DNA of 64,000 nucleotides from an uncultured Acidobacteriota bacterium (GCA_963700145.1 OY969474.1:768001-832000), one strand, 5' to 3'. Numbered from the stretch's first letter, positions 37,424 to 47,905 are shown. The notes: generated by a model from the sequence alone, not told the origin. Numbers and translations: made by a program.

Positions 37424-38923
37424 GTGCGCGGCCGTCTCCCCCTCATCGCGGCCCTGCCTCTCCTCGCCCTCGCCTGCCGCCCCGCCGATGGGCCGGCGCC
37501 GGCGACCGTCGAGCCGCTGCCGGCGCGCAGCAACGTCCTCCTGATCACCATCGACACCCTGCGCGCCGACCACCTGTCGAGCTACGGCTACCCGCGTGCC
37601 ACCTCGCCGGCGATCGACCGGCTGGCCGCCGAAGGCGTGCGCTTCGACCGCGCGATCGTGCAGTGGCCGAAGACCGGCCCCTCCTTCGCCTCGATGTTCA
37701 CCGCCACCTACCCCAAGGACAACGACATCGTGCGCAAGGTGGGCATCCCGCTCCCCTGCCGCTTCCGCATGCTCGCCGAGGAGCTGAAGGCGCAGGGCTA
37801 CGCCACCCACGCCGTGGTGGCCAACGGCGCCGTGGGGCGCGAGTTCTACTTCGACCAGGGGTTCGACACCTACGTCGAGACCTGGAAGCTGCCGCCGGGC
37901 CGCCAGGGCGCCGACCCCAACCTGGCCGAGGCGGTGACCCGCCTCGCCGCCGGCGTCCTCGGGCGCATCGACAAGCGCCGCCCCTACTTCCTCTGGGTCC
38001 ACTACCTCGACCCGCACTGGCCGTACACGCCGCCGGGCGCCTGGAGCGCGAAGTTCCAGAACGACGCGCACTGGGACGACGCCGTGCGCATCCCCGTCGC
38101 CCCCGGCAAGGAGCGGCAGGAGATGATGGGGATCGGCGAAGGACAGGTGCTCGACGGCCGCGACGAGCTGGCCTTCTACGCCGCGCGCTACGACGCCGAG
38201 ATCGCCTACACCGACGCCCAGGTCGGCAAGCTCCTCGACGCGGCGCGGCGGCGCGGCCTCCTCGAGCGCACCCTGACCGTCCTCACCTCCGACCACGGCG
38301 AGTCGCTCGGCGACCACCACTACTTCTTCGACCACGGCCGCTTCGGCTTCCAGAGCTGCCTGCGCGTGCCGCTCATCGTCCACTACCCGGGCGTCCTGGC
38401 GCCGCGGGTGGACAGAGACCCCGCCGCGCTCATCCATCTCGCGCCGACGCTGCTGGAGGCGGCGGGGGTGGCGCTGCCGGACGGCGCCTGGCGGCAGGGG
38501 CGGAGCCTGACGCCGCGGCTGCGCGGCGCGCCGTCGACCGCGGCGGCCGAGGGGAGCGCCGGCGATCCCACCCGCCTGGCCTTCTCCGAGGCCGGCTACG
38601 AGCAGGCCGGCAAGTGGCAGAAGGCGGTGCAGGACGAACGCTGGAAGCTGGTCTACGCGCAAGGGCTCGCCGACCAGCGTTGGATCGCCGGCGAGGGGGT
38701 GCGCTTCGCCCTCTTCGACCTCCAGGCCGACCCCGGCGAGACGCGCAACCTTGCCGACGCGCAGCCGGCCGAGCGGCAGCGGCTGGTGCGCACGCTCTGG
38801 CAGTGGGACCGGGCGCCGCGCTTCCAGGCGCTCACCGAGCCCGAGAGCGCCGCCTGCGGCGACGAGCGCGGGATGGAGAAAGAGACCGAAGAGCTGCTGC
38901 GCAGCCTGGGGTACTTGCGGTGA
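37424..38923 (+). CDS. Sulfatase-like (alkaline phosphatase superfamily) lipoprotein
   Basis: Lipobox LALAC; NVLLITIDTLRADH, KTGPSFASMFT, FLWVHYLDPHWPY, TSDHGE, LRSLGY. Confidence 0.88.
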   Translation: MRGRLPLIAALPLLALACRPADGPAPATVEPLPARSNVLLITIDTLRADHLSSYGYPRATSPAIDRLAAEGVRFDRAIVQWPKTGPSFASMFTATYPKDNDIVRKVGIPLPCRFRMLAEELKAQGYATHAVVANGAVGREFYFDQGFDTYVETWKLPPGRQGADPNLAEAVTRLAAGVLGRIDKRRPYFLWVHYLDPHWPYTPPGAWSAKFQNDAHWDDAVRIPVAPGKERQEMMGIGEGQVLDGRDELAFYAARYDAEIAYTDAQVGKLLDAARRRGLLERTLTVLTSDHGESLGDHHYFFDHGRFGFQSCLRVPLIVHYPGVLAPRVDRDPAALIHLAPTLLEAAGVALPDGAWRQGRSLTPRLRGAPSTAAAEGSAGDPTRLAFSEAGYEQAGKWQKAVQDERWKLVYAQGLADQRWIAGEGVRFALFDLQADPGETRNLADAQPAERQRLVRTLWQWDRAPRFQALTEPESAACGDERGMEKETEELLRSLGYLR

Positions 38924-38933
38924 AGGAGCGTTC

Positions 38934-39374
38934 ATGAAGATTGCGCTCGGCAGCGACCACGCCGGCTTCCGCTACAAGCAGCGCCTCGCCGAGTGGCTGC
39001 GCGGCGCGGGGCACCAGGTGGTGGACTTCGGCACCCACTCCGAGGAGCCGGTGGACTACCCGCTCTTCGTGCGGCCGGCGGCGGCGGCGGTGGCGCGCGG
39101 CGAGTGCGAGCGCGCCATCGTCCTCGGCGGCTCCGGCAACGGCGAGGCGATGGCCGCCAACCGCCTGCGCGGCGTCCGCTGCGCCCTCTGCTGGAGCGTC
39201 GAGTCCGCGACCCTCGCCCGCCGCCACAACGACGCCAACGCCCTCTCCCTCGGCGAGAGGCTGGTCCCCTGGGAGACGGCGGTGGAGATCGTGCAGACCT
39301 GGCTCGAGACGCCCTTCGAAGGCGGCAGGCACGTGCGGCGCATCGAGATGCTGGATCGGGAAATTGACACGTAG
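38934..39374 (+). CDS. rpiB: Ribose-5-phosphate isomerase B
   Basis: LGSDHAG, VDYP, GGSGNGE.MAANR, RRHNDAN, FEGGRH.RRI. Confidence 0.95.
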   Translation: MKIALGSDHAGFRYKQRLAEWLRGAGHQVVDFGTHSEEPVDYPLFVRPAAAAVARGECERAIVLGGSGNGEAMAANRLRGVRCALCWSVESATLARRHNDANALSLGERLVPWETAVEIVQTWLETPFEGGRHVRRIEMLDREIDT

Positions 39375-39390
39375 GGCACCAGCGTCCTTT

Positions 39391-39417
39391 GTCATCCCGA
39401 GCGTGAGCGAGGGATCT
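39391..39417 (+). repeat. REP-like palindromic element, copy 1
   Basis: GTCATCCCGAGCGTGAGCGAGGGATCT; related copies at 40903, 44660 and 58928. Confidence 0.8.
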
Positions 39418-39442
39418 GGGGGCAGGGCGGCGCGAATTTGAC

Positions 39443-40396
39443 ATGCCGCAAGCCCTGCCCGAGCCTTTTCAGGCCCTAACCCGCGACCTCGGCCCCGAGC
39501 GCGTCCGCCTCGACGAGCCGCTAGCCCCGTACACCACCTTCAAAATAGGCGGCCCGGCCGACCTCTTCTACGAGGCGCGCACCCCCGACGAGCTGGCCGC
39601 CGCGCTCGGCGCGGCGCGGGCGCGCGCCGTCCCCAGCTTCCTCCTCGGCCTCGGTGCCAACATCCTGATCGGCGACCGCGGCTTCCGCGGCCTGGTGGTG
39701 CGCAACGCCGCGCGCCACATCGAGGTGCTGGCCGAGGAGCGGCGCATCGTGGCGGGGAGCGGCACGGTCGTCTGGCCCGACCTCATCGAGACCGCCATCG
39801 CCCACTCCCTCTCCGGCCTCGAGCACTACGTCGGCATCCCCTCGACCGTCGGCGGCGCCCTCTGGCAGAACCTCCACTTCCTCTCCCCGGCGCCGGCGCG
39901 CGAGCGCACCATGTTCATCGCCGAGGTGACGCTCGGCGCGGAGGTCCTGACCCTCGACGGCGAGCGGCAGTGGCAGGACGCCGCCTGGTTCGAGTTCGGC
40001 TACGACACCTCGGTCCTCCACCACCGGCCGGAGGTGGTGCTCACCGCCACCTTCCAGCTCGCCCCCGGCGACTCCGAGACGATGCGCCGGATCGTGCGCG
40101 AGAACCTGGAGTGGCGCGGCCACCGCCACCCGCCGCTCGACCGCGAGCCCTCGGTGGGCTCGATCTTCAAGAAGATCGAGGGGATCGGCGCCGGCCGGCT
40201 GATCGACCAGTGCGGCTTGAAGGGCGCCCGCGCCGGCGCCGCCGTCGTCACCCACCGCCACGCCAACATCATCGTCAACGAGGGCGGCGCCACCGCCGCC
40301 GACGTGCGCGCCCTCATCGCGCACATCCAGGACGTCGTCGAGCGCGACACCGGCTATCGCCTGCAGCCGGAGATCTCCTTCGTCGGGGAGTTCTAG
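39443..40396 (+). CDS. murB: UDP-N-acetylenolpyruvoylglucosamine reductase
   Basis: TTFKIGGPAD, LGLGANIL, LSGLE...GIPSTVGGA, GSIFK, HANIIVN.G.ATA.D. Confidence 0.93.
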   Translation: MPQALPEPFQALTRDLGPERVRLDEPLAPYTTFKIGGPADLFYEARTPDELAAALGAARARAVPSFLLGLGANILIGDRGFRGLVVRNAARHIEVLAEERRIVAGSGTVVWPDLIETAIAHSLSGLEHYVGIPSTVGGALWQNLHFLSPAPARERTMFIAEVTLGAEVLTLDGERQWQDAAWFEFGYDTSVLHHRPEVVLTATFQLAPGDSETMRRIVRENLEWRGHRHPPLDREPSVGSIFKKIEGIGAGRLIDQCGLKGARAGAAVVTHRHANIIVNEGGATAADVRALIAHIQDVVERDTGYRLQPEISFVGEF

Positions 40397-40470
40397 CGAG
40401 GTCTGCGCCTGCGGCTCGACCTCGCTTCGGTCGCTTGAGCCGGCAAGCCGGCTCAAGGGAGCTAAGGCCG

Positions 40471-40850
40471 CAGGAGGAGAAATGCACCACGCGGGCTCCG
40501 ATTTGCACCATTCGGAGCCTCCGGAGCCCGCCGCGACGCCTCGGGAGAGGGGTTCGGCGCCTCCGCGAGCTAGTTCTCACCCGAAAATGCACCCCGCGGC
40601 CGGAGAAATGCACCATGCGGGGCCTGCGGACCGATCCTCAGCCCCTGTTTTGCACCATTTTTCTTCCAGATGGTGCAAAGAAGGCCCCGCGGCGCCGTCC
40701 GGAGGGCCTCCGGCGCCCGCCGGAGCCGCTCCGGAGGCCTCCGGAGGCGCCGGATGGTGCAATTCTGCCGGAAAATGGTGCACCTTTTGTCCCGCGGCAA
40801 TATCCGCAGCGCCGGCGGGGTGCACCGCAGGCGCCGCGGGGTGCATTGGA
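40471..40850. repeat. Non-coding locus B of phased TGCACC(A) boxes
   Basis: TGCACC[AC] at 40483, 40504, 40588, 40609, 40651; inverted at 40671, 40755, 40776, 40818, 40839. Pairs are 21 bp apart. Confidence 0.8.
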
Positions 40851-40902
40851 GGCTGCGCGGCGACGTCCGCCGCTACTGCGGGGCTAATGCCGCCTGGTCC
40901 CC

Positions 40903-40928
40903 GTCATCCTGAACGCAGTGAAGGATCT
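40903..40928 (+). repeat. REP-like palindromic element, copy 2
   Basis: GTCATCCTGAACGCAGTGAAGGATCT upstream of the TIR-NB-ARC-WD40 gene. Confidence 0.8.
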
Positions 40929-41005
40929 GAGCGGGGGCCGCCGGCCAGGAGTCCCGCCAGCGCGGGCCTGTACAATCTGAGCGTTCAAGCAAGCCTGCGC
41001 CCGCG

Positions 41006-44000
41006 ATGCGGCACACCAAGCGCTACGACGTCTTCCTGAGCTACGCGAGCGCCGACGAGCCCGTTGTGGCCGAGCTCGACCGCAAGCTGCAGGCGGCCGG
41101 CTTCAAGCCCTTCTTCGCCCCGCGCTCTTTGATTCCCGGGGAGACTTGGCAGGAGAAGCTGGAGGCGGCGCTCGACGAAAGCGCCACCTGCGCCATCTGC
41201 ATCGGCCCGCAGGGGATCACCCCGTGGCAGAACGAGGAAATGCGGGCGGCGCTCGCGACACAGGTGCGCGACACGGCCTTCCGAGTCATTCCGGTCCTCC
41301 TACCTGGGTCGGACCCCACGACTGTCCCTACCCTTCTGGAGCGCCGCACGTGGGTGGATCTGCGCGGTGGTCTCGGCAACGAAAAGGAATTTCACCGACT
41401 GATCAGCGGCATCGAGGGCGCACCGTGGGAACCGGCCTCTAGCAACGCTCGGAAGGAGGCAGAGCCCCGGGCTCCGAGCGGTGTTCGCTTCCCGCCGAAG
41501 CTGCCGCAGCATTACTTGCAGCGCTCTATCTACCTGGAGTCCCTCAAGCGAGGTCTGCTCGCGCCGGACTCCAACCCGTTGGCGATTACCGGTGCGGGAA
41601 TGGTCGGTCTGCAGGGCATGGGAGGAATCGGCAAGACGATCCTCGCCGCGGCGATTGCGCATGACCCAGAGATCAAGGCCGCCTTTCAAGACCGTGTCTT
41701 CTGGGTGACGGTGGGCCAGCAGCCCGACCTCGCGGCGCTGCTGCGCGAGCTTGCCGCGGCGCTCGGCGACCGGGAGGTGGTGTTCACCTCAGCATTCCAG
41801 GGGAAGCAGCACGTCGCGAGGCTCGCGGCGCGGTTGCGCATGCTCCTTGTGCTGGACGACGTCTGGAAGCTTGGGGACGCCGAGGCGCTGGACGTCGTCG
41901 GTCCGGATGGCCGCCTCCTGCTGACTACGCGCGACCGCGAGATCCTGGTCCGACTCGGAGCTACGGAGGTCCGGGTCGATGTTCTTGATCAGGAGGAGGC
42001 CCTGAGCTTCCTAGCGGGCTGGGCGGGCAAAAACCGCGCTTCGCTTCCACAGATCGCCGGTAAGGTTGCCAAGGAGTGCGGTTACCTGCCGCTCGCCCTG
42101 GCGATGATCGGCGCGATGGTCCGCCTCCGGCCGACGGCCTGGGAGGATGCGCTCGCCCGTCTCCAGCGTGCCGACCTCGAGAAGATCAGGGGCCAGTTCC
42201 CCGACTACCCGTACCCCGATCTCTTGCGCGCGCTCGAGGTGAGCGTCGAGGCGCTCGAGCCCTGGCAGCGCGACCGTTACCTGGAGCTAGCTGTCTTTCC
42301 TGAGGATGCGGCCGTGCCGGAAGCGGCGGTGGCGACGATCTGGTCGGCGGCGGGGTTCCCGGAGGATGACGCCCGCGACCTCGTCACCACCCTCGTCGCC
42401 CGTTCACTCGCGACCCTCGACGCGACCCGCCGTCTCACTCTTCACGACCTCCAGGGCGACTACTTGCGCAAGCGCGCCGGTGACCTCCGGCCCCTCCATC
42501 GTCGGCTCGTCGAGGCCTACGCCGCCCGCTGCGCGGACGGTTTCGGTTCCGGTCCCGACGACGGCTATTTCTTCCAGCGTCTCCTTCATCACCTCGCCGC
42601 GGCCGGCATGACAGAAGAGTTAGAGGATCTTCTCTTCGACTTCCGCTGGCTCGCGGCCAAGCTGGTTGCCACGGACGTCAACGCTCTGATGGCGGACTAC
42701 GAGCACCTGCCGGATCAGCCGGCAGCCTGTCTCGTTCAAGGAGCTTTGCGCCTGGCGGCAAATGGGCTGGCTCGCGATCCCGCGCAGCTCGCTGGTCAGC
42801 TTCAAGGGCGTCTCGCCGCCGACGCCTCTCATCAGGTGGCTGAGCTCTTGACTCAGGCCCGTCAGCCGAGGGCCTGCCCGTCCCTGCGGCCGCTTCGTCC
42901 CACACTGATTGCACCCGGCGGCGCTCTCCTTCGCACCCTGCAGGGACACACCGGTGCGATCTGGGGCGTGGAGAGGCTCGACGAGCAGCGGGTCGTCTCC
43001 GCCTCCGATGACGGCACCTTGCGGGTCTGGGATGTCGCGAGCGGCGCCACGCTCGCCCTCCTGGAGGGGCACACCGACTGGGTTCGGGCCGTGGCGCGGC
43101 TCGACGAGCGGCGGGTGGTCTCCGCCTCCAACGACCGCACCCTGCGCGTCTGGGACGTCGCGACCGGCGCAACGCTCGCTATCCTGGAAGGGCACACCGG
43201 CCGGGTCCGGGCCGTGGCGCGGCTCGACGAGCGGCGGGTGGTCTCCGCCTCTGACGACCGCACCCTACGCGTTTGGGACGCCGCGACCAGCGCCACGCTC
43301 GCCACCCTGGAGGGGCACACCGACGGGGTCTGGGCCGTGGCGCGGCTCGACGAGCGGCGGGTGGTCTCGGCCTCCGACGATGGCACCCTGCGCATCTGGG
43401 ATGTCGCGACCGGCACCACGCTCGCCACCCTGGAGGGGCACACCTGCGGGGTCTGGGCCGTGGCGCGGCTCGACGAGCGGCGGGTGGTGTCCGCCTCCCA
43501 GGACCGCACGCTCCGGGTCTGGGACATCGGGAGCGGCGCCACGCTCGCCACGCTGGAGGGACACACCGAAGGAGTCATCGCCGTGGTGCGGCTCGACGAG
43601 CAGCGGGTGGTCTCCGGCTCCCTCGACGGTACCCTGTGCGTCTGGGACATTGCGACCGCCACCAGGCTCGGCACTTTGGAGAGGCACACCGGCTGGTTCC
43701 TCAGCTTGGCACGGCTCGACGAGCGACGGGTGGTCTCCGGCTCCGAGGATCCGACCCTGCGCGTCTGGGATGTCGCGAACGGCGCCACGCTCGCCACATT
43801 GGAGGGGCCCAACGAGTGGGTCTTGGCCGTGGCGTGGCTTGACGAGCGGCGGGTGGTCTCCGCCTCCGACGCCCTGCGCGTCTGCGACGTCGCGAGCGGC
43901 GCCACGCTTGCGACCCTGAAGGGACATGCTGCCTGGGTCTGGGCCGTGACGCGGCTTGACGAACGGCGGGTGGTCTCCGCCTCCGAGGACGGCACCCTGC

Positions 44001-44647
44001 GCGTTTGGGATGCCGCGACCGGCGCCACGCTCGCCACACTGAAAGGGCACGCCGCCGGAGTCCGGGCAGTGGCGCGGCTCGACGAGCGGCGGGTGGTCTC
44101 CGCCTCCGAAGACGGCACCCTGCGCGTTTGGGACGCCGCGACCAGCGCCACGCTCGCCACACTGAAAGGGCACGCCGGCGGAGTTCTCGCCGTGGCGCGG
44201 CTCGACGAGCGGCGGGTAGTCTCCACCTCCGAGGACCGCACCCTGCGCGTCTGGGACGTCACGAGCGGCGCTACGCTCGCCACCCTGGAGGGGCATACCG
44301 GCCGGGTCTGGGCCGTGGCACGGCTCGACGAGCGGCGGGTGGTCTCCGCCTCTGCGGACCGTACGCTACGCGTCTGGGACGTGGCGAGCGGCGCCCCGCT
44401 CGCCACCCTGGAGGGGCATACCGGCTGGGTTCGGGCGGTGGTTCGACTCGACGAGTGGCGGGTGATCTCCGTCTCCGAGGATGGCACCCTGCGCGTCTGG
44501 GATGTGGAAACTGGCTCAACCGTGGCGACCTTCACGCTGGATGCACCCGCTATGACCGTGGATGTAGTGCCCGAGCGCAAGCTGGTCGTGGCCGGCGACA
44601 GCTCAGGAAAGCTGCACTACCTGGCGTTCGAGGAGCCGGAGCCGTAG
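41006..44647 (+). CDS. TIR - NB-ARC (APAF-1-like STAND) - WD40 repeat protein, NLR-like
   Basis: YDVFLSYA TIR with W..EE; GMGGIGKT Walker A; LLVLDDVW Walker B; GYLPLAL; LHDL; 13 GH...WD repeats plus one degenerate blade. Confidence 0.92.
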   Translation: MRHTKRYDVFLSYASADEPVVAELDRKLQAAGFKPFFAPRSLIPGETWQEKLEAALDESATCAICIGPQGITPWQNEEMRAALATQVRDTAFRVIPVLLPGSDPTTVPTLLERRTWVDLRGGLGNEKEFHRLISGIEGAPWEPASSNARKEAEPRAPSGVRFPPKLPQHYLQRSIYLESLKRGLLAPDSNPLAITGAGMVGLQGMGGIGKTILAAAIAHDPEIKAAFQDRVFWVTVGQQPDLAALLRELAAALGDREVVFTSAFQGKQHVARLAARLRMLLVLDDVWKLGDAEALDVVGPDGRLLLTTRDREILVRLGATEVRVDVLDQEEALSFLAGWAGKNRASLPQIAGKVAKECGYLPLALAMIGAMVRLRPTAWEDALARLQRADLEKIRGQFPDYPYPDLLRALEVSVEALEPWQRDRYLELAVFPEDAAVPEAAVATIWSAAGFPEDDARDLVTTLVARSLATLDATRRLTLHDLQGDYLRKRAGDLRPLHRRLVEAYAARCADGFGSGPDDGYFFQRLLHHLAAAGMTEELEDLLFDFRWLAAKLVATDVNALMADYEHLPDQPAACLVQGALRLAANGLARDPAQLAGQLQGRLAADASHQVAELLTQARQPRACPSLRPLRPTLIAPGGALLRTLQGHTGAIWGVERLDEQRVVSASDDGTLRVWDVASGATLALLEGHTDWVRAVARLDERRVVSASNDRTLRVWDVATGATLAILEGHTGRVRAVARLDERRVVSASDDRTLRVWDAATSATLATLEGHTDGVWAVARLDERRVVSASDDGTLRIWDVATGTTLATLEGHTCGVWAVARLDERRVVSASQDRTLRVWDIGSGATLATLEGHTEGVIAVVRLDEQRVVSGSLDGTLCVWDIATATRLGTLERHTGWFLSLARLDERRVVSGSEDPTLRVWDVANGATLATLEGPNEWVLAVAWLDERRVVSASDALRVCDVASGATLATLKGHAAWVWAVTRLDERRVVSASEDGTLRVWDAATGATLATLKGHAAGVRAVARLDERRVVSASEDGTLRVWDAATSATLATLKGHAGGVLAVARLDERRVVSTSEDRTLRVWDVTSGATLATLEGHTGRVWAVARLDERRVVSASADRTLRVWDVASGAPLATLEGHTGWVRAVVRLDEWRVISVSEDGTLRVWDVETGSTVATFTLDAPAMTVDVVPERKLVVAGDSSGKLHYLAFEEPEP
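42935..44518 (+). repeat. Intragenic 123-bp tandem repeats (13 WD40 units of 41 aa)
   Basis: CTCGACGAG recurs at 42977, 43100 and onward (period 123); unit 8 has a 6-bp deletion. Confidence 0.92.
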
Positions 44648-44659
44648 CAGCCCCCGCCC

Positions 44660-44686
44660 AGATCCTTCGCTGGCGCTCAGGATGAC
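44660..44686 (-). repeat. REP-like palindromic element, copy 3
   Basis: AGATCCTTCGCTGGCGCTCAGGATGAC, 12 bp after the NLR-like gene stop, inverted relative to copy 2. Confidence 0.8.
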
Positions 44687-44757
44687 GGGCGGGGCTTGAG
44701 CCACGGCCACCTTACTGGCCGAGCGGCCCAGCCACGCCAGGCGCCCCCCAGGACGCC

Positions 44758-45749
44758 CTACCCCTTCGCCGCTTTGATCGCCTCGGTCAGCGCCGGCAGG
44801 ACTTCGTGGAGATCCCCGACGATCCCGTAGTCGGCGACGGTGAAGATGGGGGCGCCGGGGTCCTTGTTGATGGCCACGACCACGCCGGAGGCCTTCATGC
44901 CGACCAGGTGCTGGATGGCGCCGGAGATGCCGGCGGCGATGTAGAGGCGGGGGGCGACGGTCTGGCCGCTGGAGCCGATCTGGCGGTCGCGGGGCAGCCA
45001 GCCGTTGTCGATGACCGGGCGGCTGGCCCCGATCTCCGCGCCCAGCGCCCGCGCCAGCTCCTCGACCGGCTTCATCTTGTCGGCGCCGCCGACGCCGCGG
45101 CCGACGGCGACGATGACGGCGGCCTTCGTCAGGTCCACCTGGTCGCCGCCGACCTCTTCGACGCCGAGGATCTCGCGATCGGGCCGCACGGCCGCGAGGT
45201 CCGTCGCCAGCTCCCCCACCTCCGCCTGCCCGGCGGCGGCGGTGTCGGCCGAGAAGGCGCCGCTCTGCACCGAGACGAAGACCGTCCCCTCGCCTTTGAC
45301 CTTGACGCGCGCCTGCATCTTGCCGCCGAGGATGGGGCGCCGGAAGACCAGCTCGCCCCCTTCCTCCTCGAAGCCGGTCACCTCGGGCACCAGCCCGGCC
45401 CCGACCTCCTGCGCCAGGCGCGGCGCGAAGTCGACCGTCTGGTAGGTGTGCGGGAAGACGACGAAGTCGGGCGCCGCGGCGCGGATCGCCGGCGCCAGCG
45501 CCCCTCGCCAGCCGCCCGGCGTGTAGGCCGCCAGCACCGCGTGGTCGGCGACGTGGACGCGCGCCAGGTCCTTCGCCGCTACTTGCTCGGCGGCGCCGCC
45601 CACCCCGTGCCCGAGCACCACCGCCTCGGCCTTGCCGCCGCCGCCGCCGCCGCGCGCCGCGGCCAGCTTCTGCGCCGCCGCCACCGCCTCCCACGAGCTC
45701 CGCGGCACCTGCCCGTCGCGGAGCTGCAGCACCACCCAGGTCGCGCCCA

Positions 45750-45750
<1 letters not shown>
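44758..45750 (-). CDS. etfA: Electron transfer flavoprotein alpha subunit
   Basis: [45 protein letters not shown]. Confidence 0.96.
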
Positions 45751-46544
<794 letters not shown>

Positions 46545-47048
46545 CTAGTGCGTGGTCTTGCCGGCCCCGCCGAGCAGCCGGCGCAGCAGCGGCGTCGCCG
46601 GGTTGAAGGCCCAGAAGCGCTCGGCGAAGCGCAGCGTCGGCACCACGCGGCGGCCGCCGGCGCGGGCCTGGATCAGCTCCTCGGCGCCGCGGTCGCGGTC
46701 GATGTCGATCTCCTCGAAGGGCACCGCGGCCTCCTCCAGCACCCGCCGGGCGCGCCGGCAGTCGGGGCACCACTCGGAGACGTAGAGGGTGAGCGCCCCG
46801 GCCGGCAGGCCCTCCCCGGCCGCCAGGCGGCTCGCCTCCTCGGCCGAGAGGCGCACGCCGAGGACGCGCGGCTTGCCGTCCGGCTCGGAGAGCAGCAGCG
46901 CCGGCAGGTCGTCGCGCGCCACTCCGAGCTCCGCCAGCTCGGCGACCGCCGCCGGGTCGGCGGCCAGGTCGCACGAGTCGGCGCAGCCGCTGGCGCGGCC
47001 GCCGCGCGCCGAGTCGAAGAAGTAGCGGCACTCCAGAGGGAGGCTCAT
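46545..47048 (-). CDS. Glutaredoxin/mycoredoxin-like protein with N-terminal extension
   Basis: TLYVSEWCPDCRRA and RVVPT cis-Pro motif in the C-terminal half. Confidence 0.75.
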   Translation of the reverse strand: MSLPLECRYFFDSARGGRASGCADSCDLAADPAAVAELAELGVARDDLPALLLSEPDGKPRVLGVRLSAEEASRLAAGEGLPAGALTLYVSEWCPDCRRARRVLEEAAVPFEEIDIDRDRGAEELIQARAGGRRVVPTLRFAERFWAFNPATPLLRRLLGGAGKTTH

Positions 47049-47167
47049 GTGCCTGGTTTCGGGGTCCCGCGCGGGCCGGGGCGCCGGCGGGCCGCGAAGA
47101 GTATCACGCCGCCGGCGCGTCGGCGCCCGCGCCGGGCGGCGCCTGCCGCAGCATAGACTTGCGCGCC

Positions 47168-47905
47168 ATGATTGGATCGCTCTTCGCCTTGCAGCAGCAG
47201 CTCCCGGCCGCCGAAGGGCCCACCCTCCTCGACTTCTTCTGGGAGTCGGGCCCGATGGCGAAGGTGGTGCTCGGGGTGCTGGTCCTCTTCTCGCTCGTCT
47301 CCTGGGCGATCATGATCGGCAAGTACGTGCAACTCGGCCGCGCCGACCGCCAGAGCGAGAAGTTCCTCGAGGCCTTCCACCGCAGCAGCCGCTTCAGCGA
47401 GGTCAACGCCGTGGCCTCGAAGCTGAGCGCCTCGCCGCTGGTCGGCATCTTCCAGGCCGGCTACGCCGAGATCGACGGCCAGATCAAGCACGCGCACGAC
47501 CTCGAGCCGGCCAAGGCCGGCGCCGAGCGGCGCTACCGCATGACCTCGCTCGGCGCGCTCGAGCGCAGCCTGGCGCGGGCGATCGGGGTGGAGATGGCCG
47601 GGGTCGGGCGCTGGACGCCGTTCCTCGCCACGACCGCGGCGGCGTCGCCGTTCATCGGGTTGTTCGGCACGGTCTGGGGGATCATGGTGGCCTTCCGCGA
47701 CATCGGGCTGACGGGGTCGACCTCGCTGGTGGCGGTCTCGCCCGGCATCGCCGAGGCGCTGATCAACACGGCCGCCGGGCTCGCCGCCGCGATCCCGGCG
47801 CTCATCGGCTACAACTACTTCGCGGCACGCATCCGCGGGCTGCGGGCGCGGATGGAGGACTTCGTCCAGGAGTTCCTCAACATGGCGGAGCGGAACTTCA
47901 CTTGA
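47168..47905 (+). CDS. tolQ: Tol-Pal proton channel TolQ
   Basis: SLVSWAIM, LATTAAASPFIGLFGTVWGIM, PGIAEALINTAAGL..AIPA; first gene of the tol-pal cluster. Confidence 0.92.
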   Translation: MIGSLFALQQQLPAAEGPTLLDFFWESGPMAKVVLGVLVLFSLVSWAIMIGKYVQLGRADRQSEKFLEAFHRSSRFSEVNAVASKLSASPLVGIFQAGYAEIDGQIKHAHDLEPAKAGAERRYRMTSLGALERSLARAIGVEMAGVGRWTPFLATTAAASPFIGLFGTVWGIMVAFRDIGLTGSTSLVAVSPGIAEALINTAAGLAAAIPALIGYNYFAARIRGLRARMEDFVQEFLNMAERNFT

